Shown here one piece after another: positions 18,027 through 27,326 of a stretch of 64,000 nt of DNA. Positions within the stretch are counted from its first letter, which is position 1. Each line of letters starts with the position of its first letter. Where the stretch lies: the NCBI GenBank assembly GCA_964605515.1, contig CAZSDC010000001.1, forward strand, positions 2,611 to 66,610. The letters run 5' to 3'. A model generated the notes under the pieces. The model was not told where the DNA came from. It saw nothing but the letters and a program-made list of their open reading frames with translations, and ran no database searches. A program made the translations under genes and the position numbers. The DNA comes from an uncultured Chthoniobacter sp. GTDB lineage: Bacteria > Verrucomicrobiota > Verrucomicrobiia > Chthoniobacterales > Terrimicrobiaceae.

Positions 18027-19143
18027 GCACAATTTTATGGGTGGATTCCTGCTCTCGGGCCGCCGCGTTGGAGCCGGCAACCCTCCGTTTGTCATCGCGG
18101 AGATGTCTGGCAACCACAACCAGTCCCTTGAAAGGGCTCTGGAGATTGTTGAAGCCGCTGCGCGGACGGGCGCGCACGCCATCAAGATCCAGACTTACAC
18201 GCCTGACACGATGACGATCGATCTCGACGAGCGGGAATTTCACATCGGTGACCCCGACAGCCTGTGGGCGGGCGAGTCGCTTTATAATCTCTACAAGAAA
18301 GCCTATACGCCGTGGGAGTGGCACGCTCCGATTTTTGCTCACGCCCGAGAGCTGGGAATCATTCCATTCAGCTCGCCCTTTGACGAGACGGCCGTCTCAT
18401 TTCTGGAGGAGTTGGAAGCGCCGTGCTATAAGATCGCATCATTTGAGAATACCGACATTCCGCTAATCCAGTGTGCGGCTTCCACGGGCAAACCGCTTAT
18501 CATATCAACAGGCATGGCGACTGCGGAGGAGCTGGACGATACCGTCCGTGCGGCGCGGCAGGCCGGGTGCCAAGACCTCATCCTCCTGAAATGCACAAGC
18601 ACCTACCCGGCCGAGGCTTTGAACACCAATCTGAATACGATCCCTGACTTGTGCAGTCGGTTCGGCTGCGAGGCAGGAATCTCCGATCACACGATGGGGA
18701 TCGGTGTATCGGTGACCGCTGTCGCTCTGGGAGCCTCAGTAATCGAGAAGCATTTTACGCTCAACCGGGCAGATGGTGGCGTAGACAGCGCGTTTTCGAT
18801 GGAACCGGACGAGATGTCACAGCTTGTTGCGGAGGCAAACCGTGCGTGGCAAGCTCTAGGAATGGTGAGTTATGGGCCGACCGAAGCAGAAAAACAATCC
18901 CTCCAATACCGCCGCTCGCTTTATGTCGTCAAGGACATGAAAGAGGGTGAGATTTTCACAAAAGTAAATGTCCGGGCGATCCGCCCGGGGCTGGGGCTGC
19001 CGCCAAAGTTTCTGGAAAGACTACTCGGGAAAAAGGCCACAGGCGCTATCAAGCGCGGCACGGCGCTTGCTCTCGGAATGGTCGCGTGGGAAAGCGGTTC
19101 GCTTGCCGAAGAAGTGCCGATAACCGGAGGACAGGGAAACTAA
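18019..19143 (+). CDS. pseI: pseudaminic acid synthase (NeuB family), PseI
   Basis: Internal ATG at 18019. PPFVIAEMSGNHNQSLERALEIVEAAARTGAHAIKIQTYT and a C-terminal SAF-like VRAIRPGLGLPPKF...IKRGTAL. Confidence 0.9.
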   Translation: MPEHNFMGGFLLSGRRVGAGNPPFVIAEMSGNHNQSLERALEIVEAAARTGAHAIKIQTYTPDTMTIDLDEREFHIGDPDSLWAGESLYNLYKKAYTPWEWHAPIFAHARELGIIPFSSPFDETAVSFLEELEAPCYKIASFENTDIPLIQCAASTGKPLIISTGMATAEELDDTVRAARQAGCQDLILLKCTSTYPAEALNTNLNTIPDLCSRFGCEAGISDHTMGIGVSVTAVALGASVIEKHFTLNRADGGVDSAFSMEPDEMSQLVAEANRAWQALGMVSYGPTEAEKQSLQYRRSLYVVKDMKEGEIFTKVNVRAIRPGLGLPPKFLERLLGKKATGAIKRGTALALGMVAWESGSLAEEVPITGGQGN

Positions 19144-19148
19144 CAATT

Positions 19149-20369
19149 ATGAATGAACTGACACGCTGTAGCAAATGTGTGCTACCGGAGACGCACGAGA
19201 CGATCCATTTTGATGATAAGGGAGTTTGCAGCGTCTGCCGCCAGCAAGAGCACAAGCAGGACCAGGTCAACTGGCCGGAAAGAAAGAAGGATCTCGATCA
19301 CCTCATAGAGCAATACCGAGGCAAATATGATTACGATTGTCTCGTACCGTTCAGCGGCGGGAAGGACAGCACATGGACGCTCTATTACCTGATGAAGGAA
19401 TACGGCATCAAGCCGTTGGTGGTCCGTTTCGACCACGGGTTCCTGCGTCCCAACCTTCATGAGAACACGACCAAAGTTCTCCGGCACCTCGGGGCGGACT
19501 TCTTGACATTTACCCCGAACTGGAAGGTGGTTCAGAAGCTCATGCTCCAGGCCTTTCTGGAGAAGGGAGACTTCTGCTGGCACTGCCATACGGGCATCTT
19601 CTCCTACCCGATGTGGGTGGCTCTCCGCTACAATGTTCCCCTCATATTCTGGGGCGAACCCTCCGCCGAATACACCTCCTACTACAGCTATGACACTCCG
19701 GAGGAGGTTGATGAGAAGCGGTTCAACCGATATGTTAATCTCGGAATCAACGCGGAGGACATGTTTGTGCGTTTGAATGGGCGGGTCGAGATGCGGGATC
19801 TGAAACCATTCAGCTATCCTCCTCTCAAGGAGCTCCGGAAGATCGGCTACCGGTCGGTCTGCCTCGGCTCATACATCCAGTGGGATGTGAAGGTTCAGTC
19901 GAAGATCATCATGGACGAACTCGCATGGAAAGGCGACGAGGTCGAGAATGTCCCGCCCGGCTACAACTACGAGAAGATCGAGTGCTACATGCAGGGCGTC
20001 CGTGATTACATCAAATACATCAAGCGCGGTTACACCCGTCCCGCCCACCTCGCAACCATCGACATCCGGAACGGCCGGATGACCCGTGAGGAGGGGATGG
20101 AGATGGTGGAGCAATATGAAGGGAAACGGCCGCCCAGCCTTGATCTTTTCCTGAAATTCGTCGGCCTGACGGAAGAGGAATTCCATTCCATCGCCATGTC
20201 GCACATGGTCTCGCCCTACCAGCATGATCCATCAAAGATCACACCCGGAAAGAAGCTCCATGACTTTGACGAATGGAGCCAGGAGGGTGCGATGCCGCGG
20301 GATGAGGCGCTAAAGCAGATTGCCAGCCGAAACGCACCGGACGTCCAATCGGAATTGAAGCCGGAGTGA
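19149..20369 (+). CDS. N-acetyl sugar amidotransferase (PseA/WbuX-like, PP-loop ATPase)
   Basis: Internal ATG at 19149. CSKCVLPETHETIHFDDKGVCSVCRQ zinc ribbon plus the LVPFSGGKDSTW PP-loop. Confidence 0.85.
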   Translation: MNELTRCSKCVLPETHETIHFDDKGVCSVCRQQEHKQDQVNWPERKKDLDHLIEQYRGKYDYDCLVPFSGGKDSTWTLYYLMKEYGIKPLVVRFDHGFLRPNLHENTTKVLRHLGADFLTFTPNWKVVQKLMLQAFLEKGDFCWHCHTGIFSYPMWVALRYNVPLIFWGEPSAEYTSYYSYDTPEEVDEKRFNRYVNLGINAEDMFVRLNGRVEMRDLKPFSYPPLKELRKIGYRSVCLGSYIQWDVKVQSKIIMDELAWKGDEVENVPPGYNYEKIECYMQGVRDYIKYIKRGYTRPAHLATIDIRNGRMTREEGMEMVEQYEGKRPPSLDLFLKFVGLTEEEFHSIAMSHMVSPYQHDPSKITPGKKLHDFDEWSQEGAMPRDEALKQIASRNAPDVQSELKPE

Positions 20370-20983
20370 TCGGAATCGTCCATTGCGGCTCCGGAAACAT
20401 TGCCTCGGTGGCCAATGCGGTAGACCATCTCGGCGGAGATGCGGTAGTGATCAAATCTCCCTGTGAGTTGGACGATTGTTCGAGCGTGATCCTTCCCGGC
20501 GTCGGTTCGTTTTTTGACGTCATGGGAAAGCTCCGGCAGGAGGGCTTCGAGGCAGCCTTGCAGAGAAACGTGGTGGAGCGCAGGAAGCCGACGCTCGGGA
20601 TCTGTATTGGAATGCAGTTGATGGCGGCGCTCGGGACCGAGGGGGGGCAATGCGGCGGCCTGGGTTGGTTCGGAGGCACCGTGGAAAAGCTCCATTCCGA
20701 AACCCCCTCGGATCGCATCCCGCATGTCGGGTGGAACCAAGTCCTTCTCCGCCAGCCGCATGCTCTTCTCAATGGAGTGCCCGAGCAGGCCGACTTTTAC
20801 TTTGTTCACAGCTACACGATCAGAATGGAAGCGTCTGCCGATGTCATCGCCATGTGTGACTATGCCGACGGTGTCACCGCCATTGTTGGAAGGGACAATA
20901 TTTTTGCCACGCAATTTCATCCGGAGAAAAGCCAGGATTACGGCCTGAGGATTCTGGAGAACTTTCTGGATTGGCATCCGTAG
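20366..20983 (+). CDS. hisH: imidazole glycerol phosphate synthase HisH-type glutamine amidotransferase (glycan-locus paralog, WbuY-like)
   Basis: GTG start (GTGA overlap). GICIGMQLM (nucleophile Cys) and ATQFHPEKS. Confidence 0.9.
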   Translation: MIGIVHCGSGNIASVANAVDHLGGDAVVIKSPCELDDCSSVILPGVGSFFDVMGKLRQEGFEAALQRNVVERRKPTLGICIGMQLMAALGTEGGQCGGLGWFGGTVEKLHSETPSDRIPHVGWNQVLLRQPHALLNGVPEQADFYFVHSYTIRMEASADVIAMCDYADGVTAIVGRDNIFATQFHPEKSQDYGLRILENFLDWHP

Positions 20984-20985
20984 CC

Positions 20986-21759
20986 ATGCTCAAACGCAGA
21001 CTGATTCCCAAGTTGCAGCTCAAGCGGGCCGCGACGGATGGCCGCTACGAATTGGTCACAACGATCGCGTTCGACAAGATGTTGAAGATCGGTGAGCCGA
21101 TCTCCCAGGCGAAGATCTATCAGGCCCAAAACGTCGACGAGTTGATTTTCGTGGATTTGGATTCCGCCGGACCAAGTCCGGAACTTACTGCTCTGGTCCA
21201 GCGGACGACGCAGAATATTTTTATGCCGATCACCATCGGCGGTGGTGTGCGGACAGTTGAGGATTTCCATGTCCTGCTGTCCAGTGGGGCGGATAAGGTG
21301 GGCATCAATGCTGCTGCGGTGAGTGATCCCCGCCTCATCTCCGACGCAGCCCGCATTTTCGGCGCCCAATGCGTGGTCGTGAGTATGGACTTCCGGAAGA
21401 TTGATGGGGGCTACCGGATCTTTGTTGATCGGGGCCGGGGCGACACCGGGAGGGACTTGATCGATTGGGCGAGGGAATGCGAAAGCCGGGGAGCGGGCGA
21501 AATCCTCATGACGAGCGTCGATCGCGACGGATCCAAGTCAGGGCTGGAACTGGATGCCATCCGCCAGGTCACGCGGACCGTGAGTATCCCGGTGATCGCC
21601 GGTGGCGGATGCGGCGTCGCCAGCCACTTCGTTGATGGGTTAAAATCCGGGGCCGATGCGATTGCGGCGGGCACATATTTCTGCCACCAAGATCAAAGCC
21701 CTATGCAGTGCCGGGCGCACATCAAGAACGCCGGCTTCCCGATCCGGCTGCACCTATGA
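20986..21759 (+). CDS. hisF: HisF-type cyclase subunit (acetamidino-modification paralog, WbuZ-like)
   Basis: ATG at 20986 (the track ORF starts at TTG 20971). RLIPKLQL, DELIFVDL, GGGVRT, GADKVGINAA, MTSVDRDGSKSGLEL and IPVIAGGGCG. Confidence 0.9.
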   Translation: MLKRRLIPKLQLKRAATDGRYELVTTIAFDKMLKIGEPISQAKIYQAQNVDELIFVDLDSAGPSPELTALVQRTTQNIFMPITIGGGVRTVEDFHVLLSSGADKVGINAAAVSDPRLISDAARIFGAQCVVVSMDFRKIDGGYRIFVDRGRGDTGRDLIDWARECESRGAGEILMTSVDRDGSKSGLELDAIRQVTRTVSIPVIAGGGCGVASHFVDGLKSGADAIAAGTYFCHQDQSPMQCRAHIKNAGFPIRLHL

Positions 21760-22313
21760 GCGACGAACAAAACTTGAAAGACCATCAAGTCCTGCTCGTT
21801 GGTGACAAGATAATTCTGCGGGATTTCCGGCTCGAAGACATTACTCAGGATTATATCGACTGGATGAATGATCCGGTGGTTGTTCAATTCACCGAAAGCC
21901 GATTTCACCCCCACTCAATCGAAAGTATCAGCGATTTTGTTGAGCAGTGTCGCCGAAGTCCGTGTGACCTCCTGCTCGGCATCTTCTCAGAAAATGACGG
22001 ACTACACTTGGGGAATATCAAATTAGGTCCTATTAATTCTTATCATAGAATTGCCGACATTGGTTTGATTGTCGGAAGAAAAACCCATTGGGGGAAAGGT
22101 GTTGCCAGTGAGGCGATCGCGCTGGTGCGGGATTATGCATTTCAGGGCCTGGCGCTCCATAAAGTGACCGCATCCTTTTATGAAGGCAACACAGGTTCTG
22201 AAAAAGCCTTTTTAAAAGCAGATTTTGTGAGGGAAGGAGTCCGGAACATGCATGTGAAGTATGAGGATCGATGGATGAACGTGATTGAACTGGGTTGCAT
22301 AAACGCCAAGTAG
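21756..22313 (+). CDS. GNAT-family N-acetyltransferase (PseH candidate)
   Basis: Internal ATG at 21756 (ATGA overlap). ILRDFRLEDITQDYIDWMNDP and HWGKGVASEAIALVRDYAF (acetyl-CoA binding loop). Confidence 0.75.
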   Translation: MSDEQNLKDHQVLLVGDKIILRDFRLEDITQDYIDWMNDPVVVQFTESRFHPHSIESISDFVEQCRRSPCDLLLGIFSENDGLHLGNIKLGPINSYHRIADIGLIVGRKTHWGKGVASEAIALVRDYAFQGLALHKVTASFYEGNTGSEKAFLKADFVREGVRNMHVKYEDRWMNVIELGCINAK

Positions 22314-22326
22314 ATCAAGTGCAGTA

Positions 22327-22807
22327 ATGAACGTCATGGTTAACAGTTTGTACCCCATGTAGCATTATCATTATGTCGCGGAGCTCAACTACATGGAAAA
22401 GCATCTTTCCAAGGACGATACTATGACAGTGCTACATTAGGACGCGGACCGGCATGCGCCTCGCGCTCGCACGCCAAGTTGCCACGCAGGGCTGCGACCT
22501 TCTCAACGAAAAGCTTCTGTCCCACAACCGCGATGGCGTGTACGGCTTTTCCTCTGAAATGAAGGCGAAACAGCTTGTTGCCCTCATCGGCTGGGAACCG
22601 CGCAGCATCGTCACTTTCCGCGATGCCTCCGGAACAGAGTCGCTTGCTTTGAAGAGCCTCTTCCAACATGAGTGCATCAAACGCATCATCCTCTTCACCG
22701 GCAGCCATAACATTTTCCACAGTCACGCCGCCGCCAATATCGACCTGACTTTGCAGGCCTATCGCACGGCGACTGTGCAGGCCATCAAGAACGACGACGC
22801 CAGTTAA
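22327..22807 (+). pseudogene. truncated, stop- and frameshift-disrupted paralog of the N-terminal third of the 23867-25411 gene
   Basis: From ATG 22327 the translation is MNVMVNSLYPM*HYHYVAELNYMEKHLSKDDTMTVLH*DAD, compared with MNILFTGLYPMWHCHYVAELNYIEKHLSLGDRVTLLRCDAD in the intact gene (26/41 identical). In-frame TAG codons lie at 22360 and 22438. Similarity then continues in another frame (ORF 22454-22807): SSEMKAKQLVALIGW vs ISEMKETHVAGFDIG, and DLTLQAYR vs DLFLDSYR. Confidence 0.7.
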
Positions 22808-22865
22808 AAGGTGGAAGGTCCAGCCGTTTAGGCCGTATTCTGCAAGACCTGATTAAATACAAGCC

Positions 22866-23813
22866 ATGAAAACATCCGACACACCAAACAGCTCTCCCAT
22901 TTTCCGTTCGATCTCCTTTTCGGAGGCGTCGGGCTTCAGCCCCTGGCCGGACCGGATTCTGGGCTTCGACAATTGGAAAAAAACCCGGCGCAACGAAGAA
23001 GACATCCTGAGCGAGTATGATCAGGGCTGGTATAAATCGCTTTTGGACACTTGGAGCGAGCATTTCCAGAGCGGGCCGTCATCACCGCTGTCGTTTTTCC
23101 ATAGGATCATCAAGGAGCAATGCGATGAAACGGAGAGGAATTATGAGATCTACCGCACCCGCCAACGCGAGGCTCTCTTCAGCGTTGGCGATTCCCTCGC
23201 GGTGGGCGACCTGGTTTTGATCGCCGAGCTCTTCCGACTCATGGTGGTTCGATTCGTAGAAGAATTGGCCGCCCGTTTCGGGGCCAGCGGCGTCGTAGAA
23301 ACCGGATGCGGAGCTGGCATCAACCTGTTTTTCCTCAACGCCCTGGCCGGCATGAAACCGTTTGTCGGAGGGGAGATCTGCCCTAATGCCGTTAGGGTCG
23401 GCAACTCAATCGCCGGTGATCTCTCGCTGCCTGGAAAATTCCTGAATTTTGATTATCGTGATCCGTCCAGCCTACGGCGCCTCGTGGAAGGGATGGAGAA
23501 TTATGTTCTGATGACTTGCCACAGCATCGAGCAAGTCCAAGTGCGCGAAACAGCCTTCGTCGACAGCATCCTTGCATTGAAAAATAGACCCAGCGTCGTC
23601 ATCCACATCGAACCCATCCAGTGGAGGGACGAAGGATTTTATGCCCGCCTCTGCGAGCGTTACGGAGCGTTGAATCTCTATAATCAGGATCTTAAAGAGC
23701 TGTTAGCCGAAAAAGAAGCCGAAGGTCGAATTCAGATCGTAGAACAGCGCAAGCGTTGCTTTGGGATCTCCGCTTTCAATCCGAGCAGCCTGATTGCCTG
23801 GCGGCCGCGGTGA
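22866..23813 (+). CDS. class I SAM-dependent methyltransferase
   Basis: 315 aa. GVVETGCGAGINLFFL is methyltransferase motif I. There is an N-terminal extension of about 130 aa of unknown function. Confidence 0.7.
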   Translation: MKTSDTPNSSPIFRSISFSEASGFSPWPDRILGFDNWKKTRRNEEDILSEYDQGWYKSLLDTWSEHFQSGPSSPLSFFHRIIKEQCDETERNYEIYRTRQREALFSVGDSLAVGDLVLIAELFRLMVVRFVEELAARFGASGVVETGCGAGINLFFLNALAGMKPFVGGEICPNAVRVGNSIAGDLSLPGKFLNFDYRDPSSLRRLVEGMENYVLMTCHSIEQVQVRETAFVDSILALKNRPSVVIHIEPIQWRDEGFYARLCERYGALNLYNQDLKELLAEKEAEGRIQIVEQRKRCFGISAFNPSSLIAWRPR

Positions 23814-23866
23814 CGCATGGGCGATTCTTACAGGAGCAGCACGGGAGAACCAAACCGCTTGACGAC

Positions 23867-25411
23867 ATGAATATTTTATTCACAGGTCTCTATCCGATGT
23901 GGCACTGCCACTATGTTGCGGAGCTCAATTATATAGAAAAACACCTCTCTCTGGGTGATCGCGTCACGCTTCTCCGCTGCGATGCGGATCAGTTGAGCTG
24001 CGAGGCCAATCCCAAGCGAGAGCTTGCCCATTGCCTGCGCTGCATAGGAATCCGCCAGCACGGGGAAAGCTTGCTTTCATCGAAGGTCAAGACCGCGCCC
24101 CTGATTATCGAGGACTTCAAAAATGCCGTGCCGACGAAATTCGAAGTCAACGTGTCCACGATTTCTGAGATGAAGGAAACTCATGTCGCAGGGTTTGATA
24201 TTGGCAGCGCGGTGTATTCGTCGCTTGTGGATCGAACGATGAGCGCGACTCCGGATCTCAATATACACCGCGATCTTGCCCGCGATCTATTTTTAGATTC
24301 CTACCGGATCTACCTGAGTGCAATTCGTTACCTGGAGGAGGGGCGCTACGACCGCGTCTATGTTTTCAACGGGCGGTACGCCGGTGCCCGACCGTGGATC
24401 CGCGCTTGTGAAAAGAAGAAGGTGTCCTTTTTTACGCATGACAAATTTTCATCCCCCGATCGGCCGACGCGATTTGACTGTGCGTTGCCGCACATCCCCG
24501 CCCAGTATCCCCGACGGATCCTTGATTTCTGGGAAAGCGCTGAAGGCAATTCTGCGATCGTCGACCAGGCCCGCGACTTCTTTGAAGAACGACCGAAGGG
24601 AAAGCTGACCGGATGGGTCTCTTTTGTTGATCTTCAGGAAAAAGACATGCTGCCGGCGGGGTGGGATAGCTCGAAAAAGAATATTGCGATATTTTCCAGC
24701 ACGGAGTGGGAGTTCGTAAGCATTAAGGAGTTGATGGAAAACGCTCTTTTCCCATGTCAGGAGGACGCCTGTCACTATCTGATTACCGAGGTTCACAAAA
24801 GGGATCCCGAAGTCTGTTTCTATATAAGAATCCACCCCAACTCATCCGCCGATAAAGGGCGCTGGTGGGAATTGCCATCAATTCAAAATCTTGCGCATTG
24901 CACGATTATCCCCCCTGAGAGTTCGATATCGAGCTATGCGCTGCTCCAGGCTTGTGACACCTCGGTCACTTATATCTCCACGATCGGCGTGGAAGCAACT
25001 TATTGGGGCAAGCCTTCGATTATTTTGGCACAAGCCATTTATTGGGGGCTTGATGCGGTGTATGAACCAAAGACTCGGGAGGAGGCATTGGAGATGCTGT
25101 GTTCCGATCTGGTTCCCAAGCCGCAAACCAACGCCCTGAAGTATGCCGCCTTCTTGCGATGTGGTGGCGACGAGTTGCCGCACTCCGAGGCGGTGAACTA
25201 CTACACGATGACCTTTAAAGGCCAGATTCTGGAGGCGCGTCAGGAGGTCCATGCCTGGCTGGGAGCTTGCGAGAAGCGCTCGCCCGCTTCTGGATGGAAG
25301 AAATGGCTTCGGGATAAACGAGACCGGCGGCACCTGAAAACGCTTTGGAAAGAATGTGATGGTTGGTTTGCGGCGGAGTCATCCGGCAAGGAATCGACTG
25401 CCGGGAGATAG
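23867..25411 (+). CDS. KpsS/Capsule_synth-like GT-B protein with an N-terminal Cys4 cluster; candidate nonulosonate (Pse) transferase
   Basis: Internal ATG at 23867. LLRCDADQLSCEANPKRELAHCLRC forms a Cys cluster. The C-half NIAIFSSTEWEF...FYIRIHPNSS...SSYALLQACDTSVTYISTIGVEATYWGKPSIILAQAIYWGLD resembles the KpsS/KpsC capsule-synthesis C-lobe as I recall it. The CDS call is firm; the function is inferred. Confidence 0.55.
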   Translation: MNILFTGLYPMWHCHYVAELNYIEKHLSLGDRVTLLRCDADQLSCEANPKRELAHCLRCIGIRQHGESLLSSKVKTAPLIIEDFKNAVPTKFEVNVSTISEMKETHVAGFDIGSAVYSSLVDRTMSATPDLNIHRDLARDLFLDSYRIYLSAIRYLEEGRYDRVYVFNGRYAGARPWIRACEKKKVSFFTHDKFSSPDRPTRFDCALPHIPAQYPRRILDFWESAEGNSAIVDQARDFFEERPKGKLTGWVSFVDLQEKDMLPAGWDSSKKNIAIFSSTEWEFVSIKELMENALFPCQEDACHYLITEVHKRDPEVCFYIRIHPNSSADKGRWWELPSIQNLAHCTIIPPESSISSYALLQACDTSVTYISTIGVEATYWGKPSIILAQAIYWGLDAVYEPKTREEALEMLCSDLVPKPQTNALKYAAFLRCGGDELPHSEAVNYYTMTFKGQILEARQEVHAWLGACEKRSPASGWKKWLRDKRDRRHLKTLWKECDGWFAAESSGKESTAGR

Positions 25412-25415
25412 ACCC

Positions 25416-26234
25416 ATGGGTGCCATTCACTTTTCATTAGACAAAGACCTCGCCCGCCTTTTGCGCGAAGCGCTTTGCGCCTCCGTGTTTGTGGAGACGG
25501 GCACGTTTCAGGGGGATACCACCGCCGAAATGCAGGATACTTTTTCGCGTATCTACACTGCTGAGCTTTCGGAGGAACTCGCATCTCGCGCGCGGATTCG
25601 ATTTTCGGATTCACCATCCACAACCGTCGTGCAGGGGGAGTCGCCCCAATTTCTCCTTTCTTTGAAGGCATCGTTTTGCGGCGAGCCCGTCTTGTATTGG
25701 CTCGATGCCCATTGGTGTGCCGGATCAGGGACTGCCGGAGAGGTTTCCCAATGCCCGCTTCTTGACGAACTTGCGGCCCTCAAGCCGCTGAATGAACGGA
25801 GCGCGGTATTGATCGACGACGCGAGGCTGTTTTTGTCGCCGCCTCCTGCGCCCCACGAGATATCAAAGTGGCCGCGGTTCGACGAGATCCTCTCGCGCGT
25901 CCGGGAGGTGGCTCCCGCCCATGAGATTTCCGTTCTCAACGACGTGATCGTTGTTGCCCCATCCGTCGCGCGCTTGCCTCTCCAGAACTATGCGCAGAAA
26001 AACGGGTTTGATTTGCTGCAAGTCGCGTCCGATGCCCGAGATAAAAACAAGTTGAAAAGATGCCACGCGGATGCAGAGAAGTATGCACGTTCTTTAGAGA
26101 AAGCGTGCGAAGAGCGCCTTGAGGTCATCGACCGGCAAGTCCAGCGGATTTCAGAGCTCGAGTCGGAACTCACAGCGCTCAAAAAGCCTAAGCCACTCTT
26201 GGCGCGAATTGGTGCCGTGTTCTTTCCCCGCTGA
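25416..26234 (+). CDS. methyltransferase-fold protein (TylF/Methyltransf_24-like) with a C-terminal coiled coil
   Basis: Internal ATG at 25416. VFVETGTFQGDTT (motif I-like) and VLIDDARLF. Tail: DAEKYARSLEKACEERLEVIDRQVQRISELESELTALKK. Confidence 0.5.
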   Translation: MGAIHFSLDKDLARLLREALCASVFVETGTFQGDTTAEMQDTFSRIYTAELSEELASRARIRFSDSPSTTVVQGESPQFLLSLKASFCGEPVLYWLDAHWCAGSGTAGEVSQCPLLDELAALKPLNERSAVLIDDARLFLSPPPAPHEISKWPRFDEILSRVREVAPAHEISVLNDVIVVAPSVARLPLQNYAQKNGFDLLQVASDARDKNKLKRCHADAEKYARSLEKACEERLEVIDRQVQRISELESELTALKKPKPLLARIGAVFFPR

Positions 26235-26248
26235 ATCGTCTTGCGACC

Positions 26249-27316
26249 ATGGCTCCCGTATTACTTCTTTTGTTCAACCGCCCCGACCTTACGGCTGGGC
26301 TAATCTCGTCTCTGCGCCGAGCGGCTCCACCCCGTATTTTCATCGCTATCGATGGGCCGCGGGCGGGTGTGGAGGGCGAGGCAGAGCGGGTTGAGGAGGT
26401 TAGGTGCCTCGCTGAGGCAATTGATTGGCCATGCGAAAAGCGCTGGCTCATACGCGATGGAAATCTCGGCTGCGGTCTCGCCGTGAGCGGCGCGATCACC
26501 TGGTTCTTCGATCAGGTGGATGAAGGGATAATACTCGAGGACGATTGCCATCCCGATCCGACATTTTTTGAGTTTTCCAACTCAATGCTTGACCGGTATC
26601 GAGATGATGCCCGCGTTTTTTTAATTTCTGGAACGAGTCTTTTGCCGTCCAGCATCGCAACCACCGAGCCATACTTTTTCTCAAAATATATGGGCGTGTG
26701 GGGATGGGCGACATGGCGGCGCGCGTGGAAGACCTACGACTATAGCCTTTCCACGCAGAGCGCCGATGAGTGGAAAAGAATTATTGTAGCTCACAACGAA
26801 AATGCCGTGGAGCGCCGATACTGGCTGCACATTCTGGAATTGATGCTTGAGGGAAAGATCGACACATGGGATTTTCAGGTCCAGTTTTCTGCGTGGAAGA
26901 AGAATTCCTTGCACGTGACCTCGTCGCGCAATTTGGTGGAAAACTTCGGGTTTCGCGGTGACGCAACCCATACTAGAACTCCCTCTCCTTTGGCTGCGCG
27001 CCATACTATCCCTAATCCGGCTCCCTATCCGGACTTGCCTGTTGTTGTGGATACCATTCTCGACCGTATTGTATTTGGCGAGAAACTCCATGCTTCTCTC
27101 GAGCTCGCCGAATGGCTCTTTGGCGGCGGCCGGGAGCGCGAATGCGCAAACAAAGTGGAGCGGCTTTCTGCAGAATTGCTCGAAGCCCGCGGACACCTCG
27201 GCCAGGCTGCTGCCGACATCGCGCTAAAGGCCGAACATATTCACGCAATGAAATCAGAAATCGCCGGCTATTATGGTTTTTCCGGGGCTCTCCAGTGCCT
27301 GCGTAAAATGTTCTAA
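26249..27316 (+). CDS. GT-A-fold glycosyltransferase (HlpA/GNT-I-like) with a C-terminal coiled coil
   Basis: APVLLLLFNRPDLTAGLISSL, IILEDDCHPDPTFFEF (EDD), WGWATWRRAW. Tail: KVERLSAELLEARGHLGQAAADIALKAEHIHAMKSEI. Confidence 0.6.
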   Translation: MAPVLLLLFNRPDLTAGLISSLRRAAPPRIFIAIDGPRAGVEGEAERVEEVRCLAEAIDWPCEKRWLIRDGNLGCGLAVSGAITWFFDQVDEGIILEDDCHPDPTFFEFSNSMLDRYRDDARVFLISGTSLLPSSIATTEPYFFSKYMGVWGWATWRRAWKTYDYSLSTQSADEWKRIIVAHNENAVERRYWLHILELMLEGKIDTWDFQVQFSAWKKNSLHVTSSRNLVENFGFRGDATHTRTPSPLAARHTIPNPAPYPDLPVVVDTILDRIVFGEKLHASLELAEWLFGGGRERECANKVERLSAELLEARGHLGQAAADIALKAEHIHAMKSEIAGYYGFSGALQCLRKMF

Positions 27317-27326
27317 CCGGTCCCTT

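Noticed and set aside
17887-19143. Long N-terminal extensions offered by the ORF track for many genes (e.g. 17887, 19086, 21708, 23756, 25356, 27273, 30488, 35109, 37207, 41013, 50063, 56132, 57057, 61717, 62511).
   Set aside because: The extensions overlap the preceding gene by 50-400 nt and translate to low-complexity sequence. In each case an internal ATG sits at or within a few nt of the upstream stop and begins the recognisable domain, so the shorter coordinates were used.
20366-21759. HisH/HisF read as part of a histidine biosynthesis operon.
   Set aside because: No other his genes are adjacent. The pair is translationally coupled to a PP-loop N-acetyl-sugar amidotransferase, which is the known acetamidino-sugar arrangement. 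They are therefore treated as glycan-tailoring paralogs.
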